From NCBI RefSeq assembly GCF_009914755.1, contig NC_060944.1: DNA of 64,000 nucleotides. One strand, written 5' to 3'. Source of the DNA: the human T2T-CHM13v2.0 reference genome, Homo sapiens. A program made the position numbers and the translations under genes. Of the stretch, positions 39,036 through 54,564 are shown piece by piece. Under the pieces are notes generated by a model. It saw only the letters and a program-made list of their open reading frames with translations. It made no database searches and was not told the origin of the DNA. Each line of letters begins with the position of its first letter. Position 1 is the stretch's first letter.

Positions 39036-41081
39036 AAGGGCCACTGTATTAGATACCTTGAGTGATTGCAAAACCTGGTTCTTGTCCTTATGAAGTTCAT
39101 AATAAAGCCGATTGTTTTCTTTTTCTTTCTTTTTTTGTTAAGAGCAGAGTTTTAAAAGCTGGCTGTCCTCCCTGTTCTGCTCTCCCTAGGTGGTAGACTA
39201 CCTACCCCTCAGGCATCCTGCTGTTAATTCGCTGAGTTCCCAGAGAGCAGGGCTCCCCAACAAATAGCTGATCTTTCTCCCTTGCCTGGCCTAGATCGGC
39301 CTCTGTTTAGAGAGGTGGTTTGGTGGTTGAAGAATGAGAACAGGGTGGGAGGGGGACAAACAGGCCTCTTCTGTGTCATTGACAGCTGATTTTTGTTTGT
39401 CAGCGTGCTAAGGTTGTGAAGTTGCCAATCCGTGATGATTAAGATTCTGTTGGGGTCCTTTGGAGAGGAGAGAGGTGGTGGCTTCTGAGAACATAACCAG
39501 AAGGCTTTTAGGGAAATGGAAAAGTCATAGTACGGAGCTTCAGCCTAGTCATTCACTGAGCTCAGAAGTGCTCCTCCTCACCCCTCCTCTCCCTTCCTTT
39601 TCCTTTCTTTACTAGCTGGGATTGTTCTTTCATTTATTCATAAAAATAAGGTACAAAAACAAATAATGCCTTGCCGTTGTTATTAAGAGAGACATTTAAA
39701 ATGGATCATTGAAATACTATGTGGGAAGGCTTATTCATAGTTAATTATTAATGACACTTATCAAAGCTTGTCCTGGACCAAGTATTGTGACTGTCTCTTT
39801 ATTTGCACCATTTCATTTCATCGTCATAGCATCCTTATGAGCTAAATATTATTCTACGTATTTAATAGGTTATGCTATTGAGGCTTATAAAGATTTAGCA
39901 ACTTGGTCAACTATATTGTTAAGGGTCTCAAGACAATCCTCTTTACAGGTCCAAGCCCATCAATCAAATGTCATTTGGCAATAACTCTTTCTTATTTTGT
40001 TATCAATGTGTCACCCAAATTATTTGGAGCCTGAGGCCTTAATTAAAAATCTGGCTGGTGTGATTATAATGTGGCTGAGTGCTGATGCCAAATTTAAAGT
40101 CAGAGTGTGATTTTTTTAAGCTATGTATTTCAGAAGGATTGATGGTGGCTACTTGCCTTGTGCTCCAGAGCAGCACCCCCTTGATGGCAAGCCACTCCAA
40201 GAATGTTTAGGGCCGTAGCTGGCTGGTCCCCAATAGAGAAAACCCAATGGCTGTGTTTCTGGAGCGACCCAAGGCACAGGATACAAACCTGTCCATGCCA
40301 CAATTATTGCATCTACTAGGACGCACTGATTAAAATTCTGTTTTCCCCTGAGAAGACATTTATTTCTCAATAAATTCAGGAAACCATTTGACAACATCCA
40401 GTACTCTTTAATGATAAGAACACTCAACACGCTGGAAAGAGAAGGGAACTTCCTCAACCTCATAAAGGATATTTATATAAAAGCCACAGCAAATGTCATA
40501 CTTAATGGTGACTGACTGCTTTTGCTCTAAGACTAGGAACAAGAGAAGGATGTCTACTTTCACTGCTTCTATTCAACATTGTACTGAAGGTTCTAACTAG
40601 AGGAATCAGGGAAGAAAAAAAATCATAAGTCATCTAGATAAAAGGAAGAAGTAAACCCATTTGTATTTGCAGATGACATGAACTTGTATATAGAAAGCCC
40701 TAAGAAATCCACTAAACAGCTATTAGAACTAATAAACAAGTTCAGCAAGGTTGCAGGATACAAGATCAATATACAAAGTCAATTGAATTTCTATGCATCA
40801 GCAGTGAACTATGTGAAAGGTAATCCAGAAAACCATCTCATTTACAGTAGCATCAGGAAGAATAAAATACTTAGGAATAAACTAAACCAAGGGGGTAAAA
40901 GACTTGTCCACTGAAAATGGCAAAACATTAATGAAACAAATTAAAGAATACATTCATAAATGAAAAGACATTTTGTGTTCATGGATTAGAACACAATACT
41001 GTTGAGATGTCCATACAACCCAAAGCAATCTATAGAGTCAATGCAATTCCTATCAAAATCACAAAGACTTTTTTTTTTTAA

Positions 41082-41291
<210 letters not shown>

Positions 41292-41632
41292 TAGAAAAAA
41301 ACAATCCTAAAATTCATATGGAACCACAGGAGACCCCCAGTAGCCAAGCCAATTTTGAGAAAGAAGAACAAAGCTGGAGGCATCATACTTCCTGATTTCA
41401 AAATATGAATATATTACAAAGCTACAGTAATTAAAGCAGTGTGATGGAATAAAAACAGACATGTAGACAAATAGAACAGAATAGATAGCCTAGAAATAAA
41501 CCCACACACATATGCACATATGGTCAACTGATCTTCAAAAAGAGTACCCAGAATACACAACGGGGAAAGGATAGTCTCTTCAACAAATGATGTTGGGGAA
41601 ACTGGCTATCCACATGCAAAATAATAAAACAA

Positions 41633-41929
41633 TTTTTTTTTTTTTTGAGATGGAGTCTTGTTCTGTTGCCCAGGCTGGAGTGCAGTGGCACAATCTCACC
41701 TTGCTGCAATCTCCAACCTCCCTGGTTCAAGTGATTCTTATGCCTCAGCCTCCTGAGTAGCTGGAATTGCAGGCATGCACCACCCCGCCTGGCTAATTTT
41801 CGTATTTTTAGTAGAGACGGGGTTTTGCCATTTTGGCCAGGAGGGTCTCAAACTCCTGGCCTCAAGTGATCCAACCACCTTGGCCTCCTAAAGTACTGGG
41901 ATTACAGGCATGAGTGACCGCGCCCAGCC
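41633..41929 (-). mobile_element. AluS
   Basis: Reverse dimer. Confidence 0.95.
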
Positions 41930-42051
41930 TGAAATTGGATCTTATATACAAAAATGAACTCAAAATAGATTAAAGATTTAAGCGTAAGACCCGAAACTGT
42001 ACAACTTCCCTGAGAATACATAGAGGGAAAGCTTCATGACACTGGATTTCA

Positions 42052-42432
<381 letters not shown>

Positions 42433-42674
42433 TTAATTTCAATTAAAATTTAATTGAAGTCCTGCTCCATCTAAGGAGTCAGGGAGTAGGATGTTAATCT
42501 GCCAACTGCAAATCTTCATTGATTGAGGGCTGTTCCTTGGGGCATTTCTTCCTCAGCACTTCTGGTCTGCTGTGTGTTCAGCTGAGAGGAAGTGCCAAGG
42601 CAGAGTCAAAGGTTATTACAGTAAGAAGCTGCTAGTGGCCAGTACATGTAAAGGGAATTGACAGCATCTGCCCC

Positions 42675-43340
42675 TATTGTCCAGTATGGTAGCCACCAGT
42701 TGCATGTTGTTGCTGAGTACTTGAAATTTGGCCAGTTGGAGCTGAGATATGCTATGAGCATAAAATACATCAATAATTTTGAAGACAGTAGACAGAATAA
42801 AGAATGTAAAATATCTCACTAATAATTTTTAATATTGATTGCAATGATAATATTGGTTGCAGTGATATTTCAGATATAATGTGTTAAAATTATATAAGCT
42901 AAATTTACCTGTTTCTTTTTACTTTTTATTTTATATAATAATTTCTTCTTTTGAGATGGGGTCTCACTTTCTGCCTAGGCTGGAGTGCAGTGGTGCGATC
43001 ATGGCTCACTGCAGCCTTGACCTCCTGGGCTCAGGTGATCCTTCCACTCAGCCTCTTGAATAGCTGGGACTACAGGCGTGTGCCACCATGCCTGGCTAAT
43101 TTTTAAGGCTTGTAGAGACAAGCTTTTGCCATATTGCTTAGGCTGGTTTTGAACTCCTGGCCTCAAGTGATCCTCCCTCCCCACCCCCTCTCACCTCAGC
43201 CTCCCATAGCTATGGGATTACAAGCTTGAGCCCCTGCAACTGGCCTCGTTTTACTTTGTAAATGTGGTTACTACAAAATTTAAAATTACGTCTGTAATTT
43301 AGCTGCATTGGTAGCTTGTATTATATTTCCTTTGGTTATT
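42675..43340. mobile_element. MER3/MER33-like MITE with a reverse AluJ (42945-43245) inside
   Basis: tgtccagtatggtagccac start; aaatgtggttactacaaaatttaaaatta after the Alu. Confidence 0.65.
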
Positions 43341-44673
43341 GTGTGCTCCACTCTTACCTCATACTAGGAAGTTAGGACTTAGGTTATAGCCCCAGCGTCT
43401 GACAGCTGATAAGAAGTGGAATCAAGGTTCAAGCTGAGTCCAGAGCCCACACACTGAACTGCTGGACATGCAGGACAGCATGGCAGTACTTTGGACATGC
43501 CCATTGCTTCTGCCACTGGTTTTCACTGAAGAAACCTCCCCCAGTGGCCTCTAGGCTCTGAGAACTTTGAACCTCATGCAGCAGCTGTTGCAACCTTAGG
43601 CATGGGAAATGACATCCTTAGATGCCCTTCCTGATGGGCAGCTGGTGAGTCTTCTTCCAGCTATTTTAGTGAGGTGGGTAGCAGTGCATGGGGTTGCTGA
43701 GGCACGCACCCTCGGAACATATTGGTGTCTCTCCCTAATGGGGCAGCCTACTCTGTACATGTCAGAAAAGGTGCCTGTGAAGCTGGCAATGTGAGCTTAT
43801 ATGATCCTGGCCATGTTGGCCACAGGTAGGATTAGCCATTGGCAAAAAGCCAGGTTGGCCAAGTTTATTTCTGGTGCCTTCTCACTTCCACACCCTTTTG
43901 TCATTGCCTCCTGTGCAGTCTTCAGGGTCCTGGAATTTCTATTTATCTTCTACACATCTATGGGGATTTTCTAACACATCCAGGACACATCCCGGCCTCT
44001 GTGTCCATGCCAGGTTCCTCCATGCCATCCGGGGCCCCGGCCACTGCCATGATGACTCTGTCTGTTTCTGTCTTATGTAAAAGAAGTCCCAAGGTTGAGT
44101 GCTGTGATTTTGGTGCTACAAAATTATCAGAAGCCCAAGCTCCTTCCAGCTTTTGGTTCTGGGGTGTGGCCTTTGATTTTGTGGTCCAAGGTGGCTGCAG
44201 GAGCGCTTGTTATCACATCTACATTCCAGGCAGCAGGGAAAGAAAGGGAAGAGGAAATATCTACTAAATCCCCTTTTAGATTTCCCAGAAGTCCCAGCAA
44301 CATGTCTGCTTATAATCCATTGGCCAGAATTGAGCCAAATGCAAACTCTAGAACAAGGGTTGTAGGGAGGGGCTAGGAAAGCAGCCTTTATTCTGGCCAT
44401 CAATGTGCTGAAATGAAAGAGCTCTGTTACTAAGGAAAAAGGGAAGAATGGTTATTGAGAGGCAACTGTTGTTCTCTATCACAGTCATACACCACTTTGG
44501 GGAGACTGGTGTGAAAGCACAATGGGGTCTTGATAAATGCTATGGACACATTTCATCATTAACAGGCAGCATGAGTTGCCAGTCTCCTTTCAGGCTGCTT
44601 TCACCAGCAGAACAAACCTTTGTGGCCAAATTCTTGCCTTTGATACCTCTGCTTCCAAGAAATGATGTGGTGT

Positions 44674-44940
44674 GCACATGTTCTCACTTGTAAGTGGGAG
44701 CTGAACAATGAGAACACATGGACACAGGGAGGGGAACAACACACACTGGGGCCTGTCCAAGGGATTGGAGGGGAGGGAGAGCATCAGCTTAAATAGCTAA
44801 TGCATGTGGGGCTTAATACCTAGGTGATGGGTTGATAAGTGCAACAAACCACCATGGCACACGTTTACCTACATAACAAACCTGTACGTCCTGCACCTGT
44901 ATCCTGGAACTTAAAATCAAATAAATTTTTTTTAAAAAAA
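44674..44940 (+). mobile_element. 5'-truncated older L1PA 3' end
   Basis: tgttctcacttgtaagtgggag...acatggacacagggagggg...ggaacttaaaa. Confidence 0.9.
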
Positions 44941-44942
44941 GG

Positions 44943-44944
<2 letters not shown>

Positions 44945-44988
<44 letters not shown>
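44945..44988. repeat. (GT)n microsatellite
   Basis: Direct reading. Confidence 0.95.
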
Positions 44989-44991
<3 letters not shown>

Positions 44992-46852
44992 CCTGCATGA
45001 GGCGGCAGGGGGCGGGGGGAGGGGGCGGTGAGGAGGAGAGACAGAGTCCAACTTCCCCGTTGCCTTCCTGAAGGTATGAGCAGCTCATCCTCTCATCCTC
45101 CCTGTCTGTCCCTAGGAAGCCACAGCAAGTTTTTGCTGATGCTTTAGGGATAGGGATTTGAGTCCTCTTAGAAACAAATAGAACCAGTGAGCACTTCATG
45201 CCATTTCTGCTACAACATCTTTGCTAAAGACATTATTGTTATTTAAAAAATAAATTAAGATTCCTGGACTTGTATATTCAATATGGTAATCACTAAAAGG
45301 CTAAAATCCCCCTTTTACCCACAAGACAGAGGTTCCAAGGTAAGGTAGCCAGGAGTTTAGTCCACTCCTTAAAAGAGGTCACTGTGGAATGTGTTTCTGT
45401 TTGTGCAGCTATGGAATAGCTATAAGCAAGTGTGTGGCTTAGCAGTAAACCCTTTCTTTAGCCTACGGGTTCAAGGGGTGGGGGGGCTCAATTTGGAAAT
45501 GAGGAATTAAGGAAAGGAACTGTCATAATCTTTCATAGAATTGTGAATTTCTGACATGGATACGTGGGCTTAACTAAATCAGGCAGCTGGGGAACTATTT
45601 CACCTCTTCTTTGTAGGTAGTGTGTTTGAGAATTTATGGATGTCTATGGGAGATACAGTAGCTGACTGGAAAATTAAACATGAACAGGCATCTCTGCAAA
45701 TCCTCCTGGGGGCAGAGCTTGGGAGGGACATGAGCACACACAGGACCACTTGGTGGGACTTCGATGCTTCCAGCTCCTTTCTCCCTACTATTTGGACAAT
45801 CTTGGAGTGGCAGACGATTTTGTGGAATGCCACATGGGAGCCACTGGGCATACTCCTGGGGGAAGAGAAATAGCCCCGGGTAAGACCAGGCACTCTGGGT
45901 AGGGGCAGGATTTCCAGAAGGTGCATGGGGATTCACCAGCAAAGATGAGGAGGCGGCGGCTGCATTCAGGCTGGAAACTAAGGTCAAGAACCAGGGATAT
46001 GTATGGAGACCCCCTGGGAAGGACTTAAGTTCTTGGATATATTTTCCAATGGTTATGGGGAGAGTAATTACACATAACTTTAATCTCCTCTTTTGAAGGG
46101 CTTATTAAACATGTTCTCAAACATACACCCATGCAATCTTTGTAATTCCCCTTTAGATACGGCAGTGGTGACCATCAGAGTTGGCTATCGGTAACAAATT
46201 CTTACAGTTGGGGCAAGCAGAAAGGGATTTATATAGTGAATTAGGTGCTTGCAAAATCACTGGACAAACTAGAGAATCAGACTCTGATGGGGATTCACCA
46301 GCATCAAAGTCTGCCTGAGCTCTGGGAATAATTTACTGAGTGACACTGCAGAATTGGCCATCAAGAGAGCTGCCACCTCCTCCACTGTCAGGGAGCTACT
46401 GCGCATATGACTGGCTCTGGCGACAAACACCCCCTGCTGAGGAGACCAGGGCATTGCTGCCACAAATAGGCCAACTTGACCCTCATGAGGTGGGGGTTAA
46501 GGTACCAGGAACTTTCTGCACCTCTGCAGAAAGCTAAATCCTGCCAAGAGTGTGTTGGCTAGTAGAAGCAGCAGATATTGTGGAAGTGGGACTTACAGTG
46601 CAGTTGGACTACACGCATCACAGGCAGGGGAAATTGATCTTTAGCTCCCCTTTAGGGAAACAAGGGTTGAAACAGACAGGACCAGGTAAGAAGCTGGTGC
46701 AGTAACCCTGGTGCGGGGTATGGTTTCAACCAAAGCGGTCAGGCTGGAAAGGGAGGCACAGAATCCCTTGGGGTGTATTTTAGAGGCACCATTGGAGCCT
46801 GCTGATGAATTGGATGAGAGTGGTGAGAAAAAGGAATCAAGAACGAGTCTTA

Positions 46853-47221
<369 letters not shown>

Positions 47222-47779
47222 TTAGTGTAGGGCAGAGGCTGTTACGGAGATGGGGAAGGAGTAGGAACATCACTGGGCAAAGGTCATGAGGATGTTTCGG
47301 AGGGAAGAGGACCCTTACTTCTCCATTTCTCCCTGCTTTGGAGATCAGAGCTCCTGAGAGCAGAGTCTTATTCATCTAGGAGTTGGTGACTCTGGCCAGG
47401 GCTGACTGCTTTGCTGCATTTGTTTCTGTTATCTTTGTTTTGACAGCTTCTCTTTTTCTGGCATTTTGTGGGTGTGAGCATAATTAGGTTGGCAGAAATT
47501 ACAGTAGTTCTTATGCTGGGACTTGAATGTCATTTGCATATTTCAAATTCCTCTGTGAAAAATGACTTCCTGTCTATCCTGGAGTCTGAAGAACAGGACC
47601 TAAAGGAAGACGTAAAGGAGGAATCAATTTAACTAACCCAGTAAGCAGCTGGTTTGGGTTAGGCTTCAGACATCAAGACAAGAATCTGAGTGCAACTAGT
47701 GTATTTGTAGGAGCTCAGGAAGAACTTGCAGTGGAGTGGAGAGGCGACACAGATAAATTTTATTGATGAGCAGGTTGCT

Positions 47780-48048
47780 GGCCAGGCACAGTGGCTCACA
47801 CCTGTAATGCCAGAACTTTGTGAGGTCAAGGCAGGAGGATTGCTTGAAGCCAGAAGTTTGAGCCTGAGCAACATAGGGAGACCCCATCTCTACAAACAAA
47901 AAATTAGCTGGGAATGGTGGTGTGTGCCTGTAGTCCCAGCTACTCAGGAGGCTAAGGCAGGAGGATTGCATGAGCCCAGGAGTTCAAGGCTGCTGATCTA
48001 TGATCATGCCACTGTGCTCCAGCTTAGGCGACAGAGCAAGATCCTGTA
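47780..48048 (+). mobile_element. AluJ without A-tail
   Basis: Diverged dimer; 15-bp direct repeat atgagcaggttgctg. Confidence 0.9.
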
Positions 48049-48451
48049 ATGAGCAGGTTGCTGTCAAGGGCAACTGGAGCTTAATTCCCCTGCAGAAACT
48101 TGGGAGATTATAAAGAGCACTTCTCAAAGTTGTCACCACTAAGAGATGAGGCAGGGGCACTAGATCCTGCAGCATATCCTCCCTGCTGCACCTGCAGCCA
48201 AGAACATTCCTGCAGCGAGAGATAGCTCTTAGGCAATGAGTTGGAAGCGCTTGCTGTAGGAAGCCATTGCCTGTGTGGGAATGGTGACGGCCAAGGGCAT
48301 GGGGGCAGGGCACTGATGGTGCTGCTACAACTGCATAATACAAAGGATGCTGTCACTACCAGTGACAGTTCACAGTTTGAGATCCTCACAACTTAGAAAC
48401 AACAGAAAAAGAACTTCTATAATGGTTCCATCTCCAAAATATTATATGAAT

Positions 48452-48878
<427 letters not shown>

Positions 48879-49627
48879 TAATATGGCTAGCTTTAATTTA
48901 GTGATACTTGGCTTGTGTGGGCTCAGCCCTGCTGGATGCTCTGGTGCAGATTCCATGTTACACAAGGGGGCTAGGAGCTGGGGCCTGGGGCCATGGAGAC
49001 CAAAATGTAGCCCAGCTCACCTTGTCTTGTGTCCTTCAAGGAGTCATGTCTGAAGGGTCTATCCTTTTATCATTTGGACAGAGTTGTCATACACATTAAT
49101 AGAGTGCCAAATAGGAAAGGTTTAGAAAAGAATGCTTTATCTGCATAGTTTGTCATTTCATCAACCATTGGGCACAATAAAGGCACTGCATTTGCATCGG
49201 CATGGATATGAAGATGAGTCATAGTTAGTTCTAGGAATAAACAGATTTATTCCCAAATCAGTTCAAATAGAGACTGGTCCTTCTGAGGGCGTTCACTATT
49301 AAGCTGCAAAAGACTAAGTGGAAAGTCACGTCAGTCACTTTAAGAACAGCTTTTACTTAAAAAAAGTAAAGCAAGCATCAAATAACAGCTCACGCTTACC
49401 CTACAGAAAGGGGCAGAAGGAAACTCAGGAGCCCACCAGTTGGGTCTCAAAGACCATCACGCTAACCAGCTTTGGGAGATGTGTGGAAATAAATGAGGCA
49501 ATGCTGACTTTGGGACCCCCTGTAATTCAATATCCAGTGAACATAGGTTTAATTGGCCTTAAGAAATTTAACAGGAAGGTTGCAATCCAAGCTCTAGCTG
49601 TGGGCATCTTACAGGTGTGGACACTTG

Positions 49628-50038
49628 TGTTTGGTGGTTTGCATTGCTATAAAGGAATACCTGAGACTGGGTAATTTATGATGAAAAGAGGTTTATTTGG
49701 CTCACGGTTCTGAAGACTGTACAAGAAACATAGCACCAGCATCTGCTTCTGGTGAGGGCTTCAGGAAGCTTCCAATCATGGTAGAAGGTAAGGGAGAGCT
49801 GGTGGTGTCACATGGTGAGAGGGAGCAAGACAGAAGGGAGAGCTCCCAGAATCTTTTAAACAACCAGATTTCCTGTAAACAACTGGCAAGAACTCACTCA
49901 TCACCCCTGGGAATGCACCAAGCCATTCATGAGGGATCCACCCCCATGATCCAATCACCTCCCACCAGGCCCCACCTTCAACATGGGAATCACACTTCAA
50001 TATGAGATTTGGAGAGGACACACATCCAAACCATGTCA
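49628..50038. mobile_element. MSTA/MSTB solo LTR
   Basis: cattgctataaaggaatacctgagactgggtaattt...acatccaaaccat. Confidence 0.88.
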
Positions 50039-50289
50039 GCACTTCAGGGGGAAAACAGTGACAGTGCAAGGAGGGTCTTTGCCATAAGCAAAGAAATGGG
50101 AGGAAGGAGTGAGGCATTGGCCAAGTTGGGCACCCCTCTTCTTGCCTCTCTGAGTTCATGTCTCATACTGGCAGTGTCCATGCCTGGCTCTCTTCTTGCC
50201 ATTTAGGTTTTTATGACATGGATCTCTGTAACATCGCTTTGGGAACAAATGCATGTTTTACTTATACTTTCTCTTACAAGTGATGCACT

Positions 50290-50990
50290 TCTCATCTGAT
50301 CCCATTCCCTCCCTTGCTACCACCTTGGAATGTGCCACTGTAACCTCACCACTGGATTATAGTACCTGTTCCTGACTGGTCTCACTTCTTATGTCCCTGT
50401 TCCTGTCTTCAGTTGGCAGAGTGAAACAGCTCACTCAGATCCTGTCCCTTCTCTACCTAGAACCCCGTAGGGGCTTTTGTCTTGCTTAGGAAAAGCCAGA
50501 GTCTTTACAGTGCCTCCCATCTGGCTTACCTTCCTCCTCGTGTCCCCTTTATTCCCTCTGTACCAGCTGCACTGGCCCCTGGAAGAGCATGCTGTCCAAG
50601 TTGCATCCCACCTCGGAGTCTTTGCATTCACTGTTCCTTTGCTTGCATTGCCCTTTCAGGCGGTCTACGTGGCTTCCTCCCACACTTCCTTCAAGTCCTT
50701 GCTCAGATGCCTCCTTTTCAATGGGCTCTCTCAAACAACCCATCTGACAGTGCACACACTTACACCCCTGGTCACCCCCTCACCCTTTCCTGCTTTATTT
50801 TTTCTCTTAGTGCTTGTTGGTACCTAACATATTACATATTTTACATATTTCTTGGTTCCTTATCTGTCTCTCCCTCTAGAAGGTGAGATTCTTGAGGGTG
50901 AGTTTCTTTTCACCCTCAGGTATCCCTGTTGCCCAGAGCAGTGGCTGGGCCATGGTGAGTGCCCTGCAAAGACACATTAAGTGAACACAT
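50290..50990. mobile_element. L2 3' remnant
   Basis: tccttcaagtccttgctcagatg and terminal region similarity. Confidence 0.65.
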
Positions 50991-51329
50991 GTGAACAGTG
51001 AGGACCTGGAGGTGCTCAGTCTATGAATTTTTCAGCAACCATGCCAACTGGCCACCGTGATCATTTCGCTCAAGCATTCTCAGCCTAGGTGTTCTGGTCC
51101 TCTCTCATCTCCTGCCTCCATCTGGCTGTATGGACAAAAGGGTGCCATCGAATCCTCTGGGCTGTGGTTTCCGGTAAAATAATGGGTTTGAACTGGATGA
51201 TTTGAGTCTCCCAGATCCGAATTTTAGTCTCCCAAGTCTTTGATTTTTTTGTCGTCTAAATCTCTACCTTCACATGGCCAAGCTTCAAACAGGCTATATT
51301 ATAAACGGGACATATTAGCAGAGTAGTTA

Positions 51330-51810
51330 GTGATTCCCTTTGTGGAGTCCCTGTCTCCACTGCTTGTAGCAGAAGCCATCAGTGACCAGCCTAAGCTCTT
51401 GAAACTGACTGTTCCAGGTCACACCAACTGTACTCCACTGTGAGCTCCTGGGCCTTTGTGCTGGAGGGTTTTCTATCCACCAGGGATGGGCGGGCTGGAA
51501 GGTGTGAGGAGTGTGTGTCCCTGGGAGTGGCCTTCAGCCAATGATGTGTGAGAATTGGATAAATAATCCAGCTCCTTTTCCCCTCTGGGGTGTAACTCCC
51601 AGGGGTGTTCTACCCTGTCTCCCAGAGTTATCCCACACGATTGAGCCCCAGTTGCCCAGGGTCCTGTCCTGCCCATTAACACTTCCTATCATCCCTCTAT
51701 TGCTCACTCCACTACCCCTTCCCAGTGTTTCCTGGGATCACCTCCCTAATCATCTACTTGTACTCAAATCCCTGCCTTGGGCTCAACTTCTGGGGGACTC
51801 TGACTTCTCC
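51330..51810. mobile_element. Old ERVL-type LTR (LTR16/33-like)
   Basis: gattgagccccagttgccca, ctgggatcacctccctaat, ttctggggg hallmarks. Confidence 0.55.
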
Positions 51811-52976
51811 TGCTGACTTCTTCTCAGCAGGCACAGAGCCTGCTGCCTCCAGGCAGCTGAAAGCACCTCATGCATGTGCTTGTTGGGTTCTCTTTCTCTG
51901 TATGGGCGGAGTACTGGCCTCCACCCTCCCTTCCCATTGCTTCATATGTCCTTCTATGGGCTCCTCTTTCCCCTATATGGCTAGGACCCATTTCCTCCCA
52001 CTTCCCCTTCCACAGTCTCCACTTTTCCCCCAAGCCTCAGGAAGCAATGCCAACATTACTATGCAGTGCAGTTTAACTCTTCTTTATCCTTACCTCTCTC
52101 ACCTAAGCTATTCACATGGGGATCTTCACCTTCTTGACCAGCCCCACCCTTCAGGACTCTAAGATAAGCAAAACAATAGGTCTCCCCTGCACATGTGCCT
52201 CCTTCTCTGGGTTTGAGCTACTGCACAAACTGTAAGTAGTTAAAAAATGTGTTTTCCTTGTCACGTTGGACTCTGTGAGCTCAAAGTCTACCCCGAAGGC
52301 TTCATACCACAGCTGGAAATTGCGTTTTATTCACAAAGCATCCAGGATATGACGCATTTCATATCCACATGAATGACAACGAGCAAAGAAACAGACAAAT
52401 TGTACGAAAGAATAATGTTCCTTCTTCCTGGAAATTTTCTAAAAGGGATAGGATGAGAACTCTGGGTCTTATTATTTTAAAAAAATGCCATACAGCCTCA
52501 AATTGCCCATCAACCTCAAGCACACACTTGAATGTATAATTTTTCTTGAATATCCAGCGTATAAATATTAGCTTCCATGTCCTTGACTAGAGTAATAGCA
52601 TGGACAGACTGTGGAAAGGCTGAACTGCCTGCCTGGAGGCAAGTTGTGTTTGAAATAAATAATGCATTTCATAATCCCATGTGACATCATGTTCTATGGA
52701 GCCTTGAGAGATGTAATCTACTACCATTACTCCACGCTCCTCAAGCATTTCTAATTAACTCAAGAACTGTGGGCCCTGTGTGGAGCTGAGGACGTAGAAG
52801 AATCGGTGGGGGACAGGGGGGATATGGGGGAGAAGGACAAACCAGAAAGGTTTTTGCCTTCCTTCTCAGTCCTCATCTTTGCCTTGGCCATTGCAGTCCA
52901 ACTCTTTGCCTCAAAGATAAGGAAACAAAACAAAACAGCTAATTGTAAATCTATCCACCTAAACATCTAACCCTGG

Positions 52977-53406
52977 TGCTATGGTTTGAATGTTTGTCTT
53001 CTCCAAAACTCATGTTGACATTTAACCCCCAATGTGGCAGTATTGAGAGGTGGGGTCTTTAAGAGGTGGTTGGGTCATGAGGGCTCAGCCCTCATGAATG
53101 GATTAATGCATTCATGAATAGAGGGTTAACACATCAATGAGTTATCATGGGAGTGGGACTGGTGGCTTTATAAGAAGAGGAAGAGAGACCTGGGCTAGCA
53201 CACTCAGCTCCTCACCATGTGATGCCCTGAGCCACCTCAGGACTCTGCAGAGTCCCCACTAGCAAAGCAAGAAGGCCCTCACCATATGCACCCCCTTGAC
53301 CTTGGACTTCTCAGCTTCCATAACTGTTGGAAATAAATTCCTTTTCTTTATAACGTACCCAGTTTCAGATATTCTTTTCCAAACAACAGAAAATGGACTA
53401 AGGCAC
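52977..53406. mobile_element. MaLR solo LTR (MSTD/MLT1A-like)
   Basis: tgctatggtttgaatgtttgt...aaatggactaaggca. Confidence 0.85.
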
Positions 53407-53709
53407 CTGGGAAGCAGCTAGGTGATCAAAGTGTGACAATATGACGGATTACTTCACAGTCCTATAGTCAGGTTCTAAATAATATTGAGTCAGTAAAATA
53501 ATATTGACTGCTATAGATTGCAGACTGCAAAGCAGAGTGTACAGGAGGTCCTTATTTTGGTAAATCATATAGGGAGATGTAAATTATAAATACATATGCT
53601 TATATTACATATACGTGTTAACTACTTACATATAAAAATCATATATACATAAATACCAGGGGAGTAGACCATATTCAAAACAGGTACACTGAGAGGAGGG
53701 GTGATTTGA

Positions 53710-54070
<361 letters not shown>

Positions 54071-54545
54071 ATATTTTTCTTTTATAAATAGAAAGCTATA
54101 TAAATAAATATTGTCTTTCCTCCTGCTTCCATAATTATTGATACAGATAGTTTGAGCAAAACTACCTCTTCTCCCAGCTGCCTTTTTTTCAACCTCAGAT
54201 GTGGCTCCATTGTTCATACTAACATCCTTCTGCTAGCTAGGGGTGGTGCTCAAAGGGTAGGATGCTGTTAAAACATCAGTAGATCTGAGACCTCGGCTCT
54301 CCATCCTGAAGCCCCCTGAAGAAACTGCAATAAGCCTGTTTGACCCCACCACTTGCTCATTGTGGTTATGGTGGACCTTGCTTTTTCCTGTCCTGTGCAT
54401 CACCTTAGACAATTGGGAAATTACTTTTAATTCAGAGATGGCCTCAGTTATGGATTTACAGCATTGCAACTATGTAACATTGTAACATTGTGACTAAGTA
54501 ATTTTAACAATGTAGCTACAGCATTGCCCTGCTTTACCGCGGAGA

Positions 54546-54564
54546 CAGCGCCACCTAATGGTTA
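54546..54564 (-). promoter_or_regulatory. CTCF-binding motif
   Basis: Reverse complement TAACCATTAGGTGGCGCTG matches the CTCF core CCA(C/T)YAGRTGGCGC. Confidence 0.65.

Noticed and set aside
45622-45873. Trp-rich 83 aa ORF as a possible retrocopy or ERV gene
   Set aside because: No recognisable homology, poly(A) or TSD; cannot be supported without a search
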